Source: Candidatus Marinacidobacterales bacterium
GTDB lineage: Bacteria > Acidobacteriota > Vicinamibacteria > Marinacidobacterales > DATDRI01
Assembly: GCA_965219415.1 (NCBI GenBank)
Contig: CBDCNP010000002.1
Location: forward strand, 2,880,001-2,944,000
Length of the DNA stretch: 64,000 nt
Direction: 5' to 3'
In this document: piece by piece, positions 9,520 to 19,342 of the stretch
How positions within the stretch are numbered: the stretch's first letter is position 1
Layout: each line of letters begins with the position of its first letter
Position numbers and translations under genes: made by a program
The notes under the pieces: model-generated
The model's input: the letters and a program-made list of their open reading frames with translations, nothing else
Told to the model about the DNA's origin: nothing
Database searches by the model: none

Positions 9520-10800
9520 GTGCGACAAATTCAGAATGTTCTGCCCGTCTTGTTTGTGGCAGCGCTCGGGTTCTTGGCGCCGCAGACGGCGCACCCTCAA
9601 GCAAAGGCCATCGTGGGGGGGAGCGTGGTGAGCCTCGACGGTGCAGCTCCCATCCAAGACGCCGTCGTGGTGATCGAAGGCGAACGAATCGCAGCGATGG
9701 GACCCGCGGGGAGCACGCGAGTTCCCACGGGGGCGGAAGTCATTCGTGCCGACGGCATGTGGCTCATTCCCGGCCTCGTCAATATGCACGTACACCTCGG
9801 CCTGGCATTGCCTGGCAAGGTGGCTACCGAGCTGGCCAACGAGACGGATACCGAGCTCGCTCTTCGTGTTGCGGATAACGCTCGTCAATCCCTGCTCTCC
9901 GGCGTGACCACCATACGGACGCCCGGGGATCGCCGAGCCGCGGCGATTGCGCTCGACAAGGCGGTCCAGAAAGGCCAAGCGGTGGGCCCGCGCATTTTCA
10001 GTGCCAGCGAGACTGTTGTGATCACCGGCCGTGGCTCCGGCCGTAGCGAAACCTATGACGGGCCCTACGAGCTCATCAAAGCCGTCCGTAGTCGAGTCCG
10101 CGACGGAGCCAGTTGGATCAAGATCGCGATCTCCGGCGGCATCGCTAGCCAAGGCGGAGCCATCGCGGAATCCATCATGACGCCTTCGGAGATCGAAGCG
10201 GTGATCGATGCCGCCCATCGTTTCGGCAGAAAAGTAACGGCACACTCCGGCTCGCCTCAAGCGACGAGCGTCGCCGTGGATGCGGGGGTCGATTGCATCG
10301 AGCACGGTTACCACCTCAATCGCGAGGTCTTGGTCAAGATGAAAGACAACGGGACCTGGCTGGTTCCCACCATCGTCGTGAGCCAACCGGCGACTGCACC
10401 TTTCTTCGAAAGGATTGGCTCTCCCGATTGGTATCTCGAGCGCTTGGCTTCAGTAGGAACAGATCATTGGAAGTCGCTTCAAATGGCCATCGAAGTGGGT
10501 GTCAACATCGCGCTCGGAACGGATCAATTCCCCTATGAGCCCAACGACGGAACGACCGCCACGGTGCGAGAAGCCGAATACTACGTGGCGGCGGGGATGA
10601 CGCCGACTCAAGCTCTACGCAGCGCGACTACCGAAACTGCCAAGCTTCTCGATGCCGATAAGGACATCGGCTCACTCGAAGTCGGCAAGTACGCGGATAT
10701 TCTTGCCGTGCCGAGCGATCCCACTAAAGACATCTCGGCCCTCCGCGAGATTCGGCTCGTCATGAAGGGTGGAACCGTCTACCGCAACGACATGCGTTAG
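9520..10800 (+). CDS. Secreted amidohydrolase, copy 6
   Basis: GTG start; NMHVH; the GHG loop is replaced by GRG. Confidence 0.9.
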   Translation: MRQIQNVLPVLFVAALGFLAPQTAHPQAKAIVGGSVVSLDGAAPIQDAVVVIEGERIAAMGPAGSTRVPTGAEVIRADGMWLIPGLVNMHVHLGLALPGKVATELANETDTELALRVADNARQSLLSGVTTIRTPGDRRAAAIALDKAVQKGQAVGPRIFSASETVVITGRGSGRSETYDGPYELIKAVRSRVRDGASWIKIAISGGIASQGGAIAESIMTPSEIEAVIDAAHRFGRKVTAHSGSPQATSVAVDAGVDCIEHGYHLNREVLVKMKDNGTWLVPTIVVSQPATAPFFERIGSPDWYLERLASVGTDHWKSLQMAIEVGVNIALGTDQFPYEPNDGTTATVREAEYYVAAGMTPTQALRSATTETAKLLDADKDIGSLEVGKYADILAVPSDPTKDISALREIRLVMKGGTVYRNDMR

Positions 10801-11987
10801 GGTTTGCGTGGCTTGGCGGTTCTGGAAGACGACCCACCCCCCGAAGAGTATCCTTTGGAGGTCGCGCTACCGCCTGACGAGGACGACGAGCCTTTAGACC
10901 TTGTCGAGCTTGCCGAAGAAGAGCCCTCTCGGGACCCCGAGCTCCCAAACGCCCCACCCCCACTGGTTCGGCCGACCCGTGTGTAGCCGCGACCCTTGAC
11001 GAGTCGCCCGCCGGCGATGCCTTGGTCGGGGATCCCGACCGGTCTCCGCACGTAGAAGGTGTCATAGGGCGTATACCAGTAGTAGTAACCGAAGGGGGCG
11101 AAGAAGAAACTGCTCCAGTAGTTGTAGCTTTGACCGAAACCCGCGCCTCCGCCCCCGTAGCTGCGGCCTTGGGTCTCCCGGGAGACCTCGAAGCGGTGGG
11201 GATAGGCGAGTGCCACCATTAAGTCGATCGTCTCGGGGGAGATGCCGGAATCCGCGAGTTGAACGAGCGTCTTGCCGTTCAAGTCGAAGGTGGAGCCACT
11301 CTCCACCAAAGCCGCCTCGACCGCCGCGGAGTCGATCTTGTTGCTCGCTTCGGCGAGATCGTCGATGGTGAGAGGCCTCGATATCGCCGCTCGCGCCGCC
11401 GTAACCGCGGTCGCCGTCTCGGGTGGCACTTCCTCGAATCCCAGCTTGCTCACCGCTTCCGATGGAGCGGGTCGGTAGCGCCGTATGACGACCTCGCGCC
11501 CGCTTCCGCCATCGAGCGCCTGTATGTCGACCCACGTGTTCCAGCGTCTAAAGAAACTCACCCCAGTGAAACTCTGTTGTTTCCCCGCCTTGCAGCTCAT
11601 TTCGGAACGCAGGAACAAGAGCGCCTGGTTCTTGGACCACTCGGTAACTTGATGACCGCTGCAGTCCGAGACCGCGAACGGGCGGCGGAGTCCGTCGGCG
11701 TACAAGGTCTCCTCCAAGAGTAGCTCGCCATCTGCGTAGGTGCTTAGTTTTGCTTCTCCCTCCGCGCCCGGGGTGACGCACACCAGCTGCTCGTCGGTGA
11801 CGCGATATTCTTTTTCGCTGGCCCCTTCGAGGACAGCCGGAAGCTTCACGACGTCGGCTACCAACTGCCAACAGCCGAGCCATGGCAACCAGGGGGAATC
11901 GGCAGAGTCTTTCGCCGGCTGCGCGAACGCCGTCGATGAAGTTGCGCAAAGCAACGCCGTAACCAGTGCAAGCTGTCGGAAGCTCAT
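10797..11987 (-). CDS. Hypothetical secreted protein with an aromatic-rich segment and a Gly/Ser-rich tail
   Basis: Start MSFRQLALV after a GAGG RBS; signal peptide; PWLPWLGCW motif; low-complexity C-terminus. Confidence 0.7.
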   Translation of the reverse strand: MSFRQLALVTALLCATSSTAFAQPAKDSADSPWLPWLGCWQLVADVVKLPAVLEGASEKEYRVTDEQLVCVTPGAEGEAKLSTYADGELLLEETLYADGLRRPFAVSDCSGHQVTEWSKNQALLFLRSEMSCKAGKQQSFTGVSFFRRWNTWVDIQALDGGSGREVVIRRYRPAPSEAVSKLGFEEVPPETATAVTAARAAISRPLTIDDLAEASNKIDSAAVEAALVESGSTFDLNGKTLVQLADSGISPETIDLMVALAYPHRFEVSRETQGRSYGGGGAGFGQSYNYWSSFFFAPFGYYYWYTPYDTFYVRRPVGIPDQGIAGGRLVKGRGYTRVGRTSGGGAFGSSGSREGSSSASSTRSKGSSSSSGGSATSKGYSSGGGSSSRTAKPRKP

Positions 11988-12001
11988 GGTCTTATCCTCT
12001 C

Positions 12002-12754
12002 TCAATTGAATATCCAGTATATCCCGGCCGTAACACCGAATCCTGTTAGGTCGATGGGATCGAAACCAATGAAGTCGTCCTTCAGCTTCGCATCGACCCA
12101 GGCGTAGCGGCCCTCGACGGTCAGGAACATCTTGCGGCTGAGCTTTACGTCGACCCCGCCCAAAACGTGCACCGTCGGGGCCCATCCACTCGACGTGAGC
12201 ATGGCCTCGAAGATGGACAGATCGTCGAAATCGACGAACTCACCAAACTGTTCGAACTTGTACCATTGAAGTCCGACTCCGGCGCCCACGTAGGGAGCGG
12301 CGCTCCTCGCCACCCAAGCATAGCGGCTTACCTCGTGTCCGCGCGGCACGAGATAAAACTTCGCACTAGCGGTCAAAGGAAACTGCGTGAGCGTGGTCTT
12401 CTGGACGATGGGGAGATCGTCGGTGCCCACGAAATCGCGGAACTCCGACGTCGTCGAAGAGCGGCTGTACTCGAATCCGAAGACGACGTCGAGGCGCTCT
12501 TTCAGCACTAAGGCGAAATCGACGCCGAGCGTCGGGGCATCGAAATCGCCGTCGCCCACAGTGAGCAGCTCGCGAGTGAAGTCGAAGAGGTCGCTCTCGG
12601 CTCTGGCTAGGCTCCAACCGGCGCGGAAGCCCGCCGAGAATCGGGGTGCGCCAAAGAGAAAATCGGGTTCCTGGGTCGCTGGCGGAGTGGCACTGACCTC
12701 CACGCCAACCAGGGACACGCCGGCAAGTACAAGGGCGACGAGGTTTTTTTGCAT
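12002..12754 (-). CDS. Outer-membrane beta-barrel protein (OmpW/OmpA-TM-like)
   Basis: Signal peptide, alternating amphipathic strands (PYVGAGVG, VEGRYAW) and a terminal aromatic motif (GIYWIFN). Confidence 0.78.
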   Translation of the reverse strand: MQKNLVALVLAGVSLVGVEVSATPPATQEPDFLFGAPRFSAGFRAGWSLARAESDLFDFTRELLTVGDGDFDAPTLGVDFALVLKERLDVVFGFEYSRSSTTSEFRDFVGTDDLPIVQKTTLTQFPLTASAKFYLVPRGHEVSRYAWVARSAAPYVGAGVGLQWYKFEQFGEFVDFDDLSIFEAMLTSSGWAPTVHVLGGVDVKLSRKMFLTVEGRYAWVDAKLKDDFIGFDPIDLTGFGVTAGIYWIFN

Positions 12755-12912
12755 GTCTTCTCATCACCCGTACGGGGGGAACGGGTTCGTTAGGCCCATC
12801 TTCCCACTTATGGTCGGCCCAGACAAATCGGGACCGGACGGATTCTTTCCCGAAATCGGACACCGGGCACGGTCTTCTTCGTGTGAAGGCGTGACTCTTG
12901 GGCGCATACCGG

Positions 12913-12928
12913 TGGCATACGTTTTGCT
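12913..12928 (+). promoter_or_regulatory. Sigma54 -24/-12 promoter
   Basis: TGGCATACGTTTTGCT has exact GG-N10-GC spacing and lies just upstream of the permease. Confidence 0.7.
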
Positions 12929-12944
12929 CCTATTATTGTCCGAC

Positions 12945-14448
12945 ATGATTCAAGACCTCTCGGTCGCGTTTCGAGTTCTCCGGAAACGACCCGGCGCCAG
13001 TGCCGTCGTCATCTTGATCCTGGCGTTGGGCATCGCCGTCAACGCCACGTTTTTTACTTTTTTCAACGGGATGATTCTTCATCCCTTGCCGTTCGAGGAT
13101 GCGGAGAGGCTCGTCTATTTGAGTGAGTCGCAACCGAAGCTCGGCAAGAGCCGGCAAGAGATCTCGGGGCCCAATCTGCAAGACTGGCAGGAAGAAAGCA
13201 GTGTTTTCGCGGCCATCGCACCGTACGCGAATCGAAGCTTCAACCTTCATACCGAAGAGGACCCCGAGCGGGTCCGAGGCACCAGGATCTCGGCTTCCTT
13301 GTTCCCGCTGCTCGGTGTCGAACCCATCTTAGGCCGCAACTTCACCGAGGAAGACGACCGGCCCGGAGCGGCCGAGGTAGCGCTCATCAGTCACACGATG
13401 TGGCAAAGACGTTTCGACGCCGATCCCGCCGTTTTGGGGCGCACGGTTCATTTGAACGAGCGGGTACACGAAGTCGTGGGGGTGATGCCGCCTGGATTCC
13501 GCTTCGAGAACTTTTCCGAGGTCTGGACACCGTTGAGGCTCGCTCCGCAAGACACCGCTCGCGACAATCGTTGGCTTGCCGCGATCGCGCGACTGAAACC
13601 CGGCGTGACAGCCGAAGAGGCACAGCTCGAGATGGAACTCATCGGAGAGCGACTCGAGGGCCGTTACCCGGAGACGAACACGGGCTGGAACGTGCGAGTG
13701 CGCCCCCTCCGCGATGCTTGGCTTCCCCCGGTCACGCAGTTGAGCTCCTACATCCAGCAGGTGGCGGTGTTCTTCGTCCTTCTCATCGTGTGCGCCAACG
13801 TCGCCAATCTCATGTTGGCGCAAGCGACGGCACGTCGTCAGGAGACCGCACTTCGCGCCGCACTCGGCGCGGGCCGCACACGTCTGATGCCGCAATTCCT
13901 CACTGAGAGCACCCTACTCGCCATCACTGCGGGCGTCGTGGGAACGATCCTGGCTCTTTGGGGAGTCGTTTGGGTCAAGGAGCTCGTACTCGTTCCCATT
14001 CCGTATTGGCTTCATTTCGAGCTCGACGCTGCCACGCTTGCCTACTCGGTCCTCGTCACCCTGAGCGTCGGCTTGGCGTTCGGACTGGTTCCGGCGCTTC
14101 GCGGAACCGGCGGCGATCTCCACCATGCCCTCAAGTCGGGAGGAGGCGGACGGGCCGATGACGGCGCAAGCGGTAACCGCCTACGGAGTCTACTCGTCGT
14201 CTCACAGTTTGCGATGTCGCTCGTTCTTTTAGTTGGCGCGCTGATGATGGTCAAGAGCATCGTTCGCATACAGAACGTGGACGTGGGGTACGAAACCGAG
14301 AGGGTTCTCACGTTGCGGTTGTCCTTGACGGGCGAGTCGTACCGTGAGTCGGGTCGGCGAGGTCGATTCTTGAATGACGCGCTCGAGAGGATTTCGAGCA
14401 TCAGCACGGTGGATGCGGTGGGCGGAGTGAACTATCTACCGTCGAGTT
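12945..14448 (+). pseudogene. ADOP/MacB-FtsX-type ABC permease, 3'-truncated by IS5
   Basis: QDLSVAFRVLRKRPG...LALGIAVNA, LIVCANVANL...R..E.ALR.ALGAGR and LVVSQFAMSLVLLVGA. Ends abruptly after NYLP at the IS end. Confidence 0.88.
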
Positions 14449-15420
14449 GCCTTGGTGCACAACTCCGATAGAGGCCGAGAGCTCGCTTGGCCCCGACTCC
14501 CATCATCCGATCATCTCGGTATCAGGCATCCCGAGCGCCGTCATGGTGTTGAGAATCTTGCACCCGATCCTTGCCTCACCTCTCTGTGCCGCCAACCCTC
14601 TCGCTCGCATCGCTGAGCCCACGATAGCCTTGTAGCGATGGAACGTTGTCTCGACTTTGCTCCGTTTGCTGTAGCCCGATTCTGTGTGCCACTTTCGTTT
14701 GCCGAGCCGAGCTTGTGCTGCAATGTTGCGATTGCGCTGTCGGCTGCTCGCCGGCCCCGATGCGAGCAGGGCGCCCTTGCGCGGCGGTATCAGCACCCTC
14801 GGCGAGCGATGAGCGCTGTGATTCTCGATTGCCTCATAGACGCCGCCGGCGTCGTATGCGGTGTCAGCTCTGGCCGATGAGATGGGACTGTCGATCTGTC
14901 CGACAAGCGATGCAACCCGCGATGAATCGCGGGCTCTTTTGCTCGTCAGCTCGCCGGCGACGACTTCGCCACTCTGCTCGTCGACACACAGATGGAGCTT
15001 GCGATAGTCCCTGCTCTTTTGTGCTCTGCGCAGCTGGCCGGCGTGGACAGCGAGACCGCTGCTGTCGAACAAGATGTGCAACGGCGTCTTCTGCTTGACT
15101 GGGTAGAAGGGGACCTTACCCAGCTTCGGCTTGCGCCTCGAGATCGTGGTGTGATCGGGCACATCATTGTCTAGCTTCATCAGAGCGAACAACGACCGCA
15201 GCAATCCCTCGCTCTGCCTAGATGACAGATGAAACACCATGCCCAGGGTGACAGCCGTCTCGATGGCGTGGTTCGAGTATTTGCGTTGACGGCCCGGTTT
15301 CCTCCTCCTTGGCCGGGGCGCGTCCCAGTTCACAAGCTTGCCGGCGGTGAGCGAGATCCAGACGGTCAGGCTCCCGCGGTTGCGTAGACCCGCCTCATAT
15401 TCACGCCAATTCCTCACCTT
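14449..15420 (-). mobile_element. IS5-family (IS903-group) element, 5'-truncated; transposase 14503..15417
   Basis: NWREYEAGLRNRGSLT, PDHTTISRR, DSSGL, RKLHL, ADTAYD, GYSKRSKVET motifs. Terminal GCCTTGGTGCA at 14449. The left end and start are missing. Confidence 0.88.
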
Positions 15421-16600
15421 TTAGGACTTCCCCCAAGCCATCCATGTCCATGTCCATATCCATATCCGTCCCCACGGTTGCCGGCGATTTGGCCTCAGGC
15501 TGGGCCTTCCCAGGCTCCGGCGCGGCGGCTGGCTCGTAGATCTCGGCAGGCTGGGCAGGCTGGGCGGTGGAATCCTCACCGACGTCCGAGGATACGATCG
15601 GTTCCGCTGCGATAGGCGGCGAGTCGAGCGAGGGGAGCGCTACGGTCTGTTCGTTGAATTGGGGAAACGCAGGCTCACACTCCCAGGGCTGGGCGCCTCC
15701 ACTTCCTGTACCGGCTGTCCTGGCGCGGCTTCCACGATGGGCTCGACCATGGCGGGAAGTGGAGCGGGCTCAGCGTCACCCGCTGGCGATTCCTGTGAAG
15801 ACTCCGGCTTTGGGGCGGGAGCGGCTTCGGTCTTGTCCCACTGATCCAATAACGAAGCGCCATCGTCCTCGACCGCCTCCACCCAACCCAACGAGCGAAA
15901 CGCCCACGATTAGCTTGCACACATCCAACTCTTTGAGCGAGGATTCGGTGCAGGCTTCCGTCACACCTTTGGGCCGCCTGAGCATGGCGAGAAGCTCGAG
16001 CGCCGGAGTCTCCAGCTCGATGGAACGAAGAGATCCTTCGGTCCCGGAAACTGCCTGGTACGTGGAGTCAAGATCGCCGATGCCCCGTGATATGCGCCAC
16101 CAACTATCGATCTCACGGATTCCATCCACGATGAGCTGGGGGGTAGGCATGTCCAAGGTGATCGTCTCCTTGCTCGGAAGGTCTTGAGCCACGAACTCGT
16201 AGTGCGCCTTAGTCCAGTTGAAAAGACTCAAGATGATGGAGCGCACTTGGCCGACAACCGACTTAACGAGCTCTTTCGGATCCAAGTATCCGCTTTCGAC
16301 CAGCAGCGCGCCAAGCCGCTTGCCCGGCTTGATTAGTTTGCTAGCAGCTTCGAGATCTTTGAGTCCGACGCGCCCACTCCGCAGTAAGTACTCACCTAAG
16401 CGATCATCGATGGCAGAGGACTTGGCGAAAACGAAGGCGCCGTCCCGCACGAACAGAGTCTTTTCTGCCTGCGGATTGGAGAAGCTCAATAGACCCGTCC
16501 CCTTGGTTTCGCAGACGGCTAGGAGGATATCGGGCAGATCGTAGTCTGCGGTCGAGCTTTCGAACTCTCCCTGGAGAGGGATTTCCGTGCGGACTGGCAC
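15421..16600 (-). CDS. DUF4388 domain protein with a Pro/Ala/Glu-rich tail, frameshifted (about 15907 and 15690)
   Basis: LPDILL...GTGLL...KTLFVRDG..FAKSS..DDRLGEYLL, RLGALLVE, LFNW...YEF. The frame continues as WAFRSLGWVE after an indel. Confidence 0.8.
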
Positions 16601-16674
16601 CGATGTTTTCTGGAGGTACCCAAGCGATTGAGAATAGACTGTTTAAGGCATTATAACCCACTTGGTGCATTGAG

Positions 16675-17388
16675 TTAAACGCCAACTCTCGCGGCCAGCT
16701 GCCTATCAATCCGTCCCCGCACCTCTTCCGCTAACCTCTGCCGATCCTTGTGGTTGAGTCCCGCTGTGGGCACGGGGTCCCCAAAGAAGATCTCGATAGT
16801 ACCTGGGCGAATCGCAAAGGTCCCCGGCGGCATGAGCTCGAACGCGCCCCTGACCGTGATCGGGAGGATTGGAACCTCAGAGTCAATGGCGAGGTAGAAA
16901 CCCCCCTTTTTGAAAGGGAGCAGCTTACCGGTTCGGCTTCGGGTACCTTCGGGTGCCAGAAGAAACGATGCCCCCTCACGCGCGACTCGGGCCGCGAACC
17001 ACATACTCCTGACCGCCCGCTCTCGATTGCTGCGATCGATGGGAATGAAACCTCCCATTTTCATGGCCGTAGCGAGTACCGGCAGCTTGAAGAGCTCCTT
17101 TTTTCCGAGTGCCCGGACCTCCCCCGGAAGGATGAGGAATACCGCCGGAACGTCCAGATTGCTGGAGTGGTTCATCATGTAGACGAAGTGAGGGTTTTCT
17201 GGAAGTTTCTCTTGGCCGCGAACGACCAAACGAATCCCGGCGAGGAGGAACCCGATCCGGACGCCCAGCCGCCCTAGACGGTAGAGGAGGAAGCTCGAGC
17301 CCGACAGGGCGGCGATAGGGATTGCAATCAAGCCCGCGAGGAGCGTGTAAAACGGAAGGACGACCAGAAGAATCAGCGACCGGAACAT
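16675..17388 (-). CDS. plsC: 1-acyl-sn-glycerol-3-phosphate acyltransferase
   Basis: NHSSNLD (HxxxxD), FIPIDR and PEGTRS..LLPFKKG motifs. Confidence 0.92.
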   Translation of the reverse strand: MFRSLILLVVLPFYTLLAGLIAIPIAALSGSSFLLYRLGRLGVRIGFLLAGIRLVVRGQEKLPENPHFVYMMNHSSNLDVPAVFLILPGEVRALGKKELFKLPVLATAMKMGGFIPIDRSNRERAVRSMWFAARVAREGASFLLAPEGTRSRTGKLLPFKKGGFYLAIDSEVPILPITVRGAFELMPPGTFAIRPGTIEIFFGDPVPTAGLNHKDRQRLAEEVRGRIDRQLAARVGV

Positions 17389-17502
17389 GGGCTCGACGAA
17401 GTCACCGACCAGATTTCGCCGCGGGCTCGAATGGGAACGGCTGCACTTAGTCGGTCAAACCCGAGATACGCGGTACTCGCTGCTCCGCCTCTTTGGACCG
17501 AC

Positions 17503-17877
17503 TCAGGAGTTGATCAGGTAGTGGATAAAGTATACCGAGTTGCCCTTTCGCACTCTCACCCTGAAGTATTCACCACCACTATCACCCGGGAGAATCTCGG
17601 ACTGCATGCCCTGAGTGGGGAGCTCCTTGGCCGGCCATTCAATGGCGATGTCCTTGGATACTTCCTTGCCGGATTTGCTGAGCACGAACCAGGCTTCACC
17701 TTCCGCCTCGGTCAGAACGAGTTGGTAGCTTCCTCGGGCCAAATTGTGATCACCGAAGTCGACATCGCGAGGGAGACGAATATTACCCTTGAAGAGGACG
17801 TTCGCATCCTGTGCCGTAGCAACAGCGCAGACGAGGAGCATTACCGTAAGAGCGAGGGGCTTGGCAAATTGTCGCAT
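17503..17877 (-). CDS. Small hypothetical secreted protein (DUF2911-like GxY motif)
   Basis: AGGAGG RBS, signal peptide, LARGSYQL. Confidence 0.6.
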   Translation of the reverse strand: MRQFAKPLALTVMLLVCAVATAQDANVLFKGNIRLPRDVDFGDHNLARGSYQLVLTEAEGEAWFVLSKSGKEVSKDIAIEWPAKELPTQGMQSEILPGDSGGEYFRVRVRKGNSVYFIHYLINS

Positions 17878-17959
17878 GAGAACCTCCTAACAGGCACGCG
17901 GTTTTCTTTAATCCACTATATAAAACAGTCTCGCGAACTATGCAATCGGCACGGCAGAC

Positions 17960-18000
17960 AAAAAAACCCCCGGCCTCCCACGATCGCGGGAGCCGGGAGG
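17960..18000 (-). terminator. Intrinsic terminator after carD
   Basis: On the minus strand, the GC stem CCCGGCTCCC...GGGAGGCCGGG is followed by a T run. Confidence 0.75.
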
Positions 18001-18017
18001 TATCGTCATTCAGACGA

Positions 18018-18695
18018 TTAGCAAAAGCGGTTGATGGAAATCGAGATCGGACTCCGTGGACGTCCCTTGCCCTTGGCCTGCCCGGTGCCGCTCGCACGGC
18101 TCTTGGGCTTCCTGGTGGACTTGGGTTTGGCGACATAGGCTCCCTCAGCCTTCGCCGCCGCAAGGGTTGTTTTCCGGAGTAGGGACTTCAAGCTGATCCG
18201 GCTCTTCCTCTTGGAATCCATCCCGCGGGAAAGAGCGAGATCGATCTTTTGCTCGACGAGATCCTGGGACTCGCCGGCAACCTCGGCTACCTCGCTAACG
18301 ATGAGGAACCGAGCCCGATCAAGCATCCTCTTCTCGCGAAACGAAAGACTCTTGCGTTTGCTCAAGAACGAAAGGCTCTTCAGAACCCCCGCCACGTCGT
18401 AGATGGAGCCACTCCGCATCTTGTCGGAGTTATCTTTGTAGCGCCCCTTCCAGTTGGCGTGCTGCTCAACCCTTTTGTTCTCGAGCTGATCGAAAATGCG
18501 GTCGACATCCCTGTTGGTGATGACCCTTCTCAACCCAACACCATCCACATTGGCCACGGGCACCATGACTTTGGTGGCGTTCGAAAGAATGCGGAGTTTG
18601 TAGAACTGCGACTCCCTCGCTGGCTCAAGAATGTCCTCAACAACTCCAATCCCATGGTTGGGATATACGACCTTGTCCCCGATTTGAAAGGCCAT
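18018..18695 (-). CDS. carD: CarD-family transcriptional regulator with a basic C-terminal tail
   Basis: FQIGDKVVYPNHGIG, VMVPV..GLR, NWKGRY and LSFREKRML motifs. Confidence 0.92.
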   Translation of the reverse strand: MAFQIGDKVVYPNHGIGVVEDILEPARESQFYKLRILSNATKVMVPVANVDGVGLRRVITNRDVDRIFDQLENKRVEQHANWKGRYKDNSDKMRSGSIYDVAGVLKSLSFLSKRKSLSFREKRMLDRARFLIVSEVAEVAGESQDLVEQKIDLALSRGMDSKRKSRISLKSLLRKTTLAAAKAEGAYVAKPKSTRKPKSRASGTGQAKGKGRPRSPISISINRFC

Positions 18696-19131
18696 TAACA
18701 CCTCACTTTCTAATAAAAAGTGCGGCAATTCTATCACATCTAGGCGAGAATAGCAACCAATTATTGTGCCGAGAAGTCTTTTCTTCGTGTTAGTTTAGAG
18801 GGACTCCACCAGCCAAATAGAAACATAAGGTGGAAATCCCACACCTCCTACTATTTTCGGGTTCCAAAAGAAATGCCCCTTATTAAGACGGGTGGGTAAG
18901 GAAACACAAAGGCTTCTTGGACTATAACTACAATCTAGTCAATGAGTTGAAATGTGTATAAGACTACCGCCCGCCTTTGCCGCGGCATCGAACGGGCCCA
19001 CGAGTCCAAAATAGCACTTTCTCTTTCTTCTCGCCACAAAGTCGGTCCCGCCCCGTGCGAGGCGAGAGAGTATTCCATGGTAGACTTTGCTCCGCGCCCC
19101 ATTCCCATGCCGAATGCGCAAGAGCGGAATA

Positions 19132-19219
19132 GCCGGAGTGGCGGAACTGGTAGACGCACGGGATTCAAAATCCCGCGGGGCTTAGCTCTGTAAGGGTTCG
19201 ACTCCCTTCTCCGGCACCA
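19132..19219 (+). tRNA. tRNA-Leu (anticodon CAA)
   Basis: Acceptor GCCGGAG/CTCCGGC-ACCA, anticodon arm CGGGA-TTCAAAA-TCCCG, long variable arm, GGTTCGACTCC T-arm. Confidence 0.96.
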
Positions 19220-19342
19220 ACACAGCCTGGAATTTTCTCCGGCTCGCTTACGCGCAAAATGCGGCGTCCAAGGTGGTAGAGGGAGGAGGGCTACCCGGAA
19301 CAGGTTGGGGTGGAAAGCCTCCTCCCTAACCGGCGGTCTCTA

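Noticed and set aside
4190-9530. Array as integron cassettes or DGR targets
   Set aside because: Spacers are only 8-26 bp with no attC-like structure. No integron integrase, reverse transcriptase or adenine-specific variable region is visible.
2955-10386. Long antisense ORFs over the array, and similar ones over the RND, TolC, CusA and DMFase genes
   Set aside because: These are shadow ORFs produced by high-GC codon bias and have no recognisable motifs.
2892-10800. Amidohydrolase array as an assembly artefact
   Set aside because: The copies differ widely at synonymous and non-synonymous sites and have unique spacers, unlike a duplicated contig segment. Read confirmation is still advisable.
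12387-12944. N-terminal extension of the 694-aa permease ORF
   Set aside because: It overlaps the beta-barrel gene on the other strand. The family N-terminus and the sigma54 promoter place the start near 12945.
19220-19342. Prophage or island attachment at tRNA-Leu
   Set aside because: No tyrosine or serine integrase is adjacent, and I saw no repeat of the tRNA 3' end in the window.
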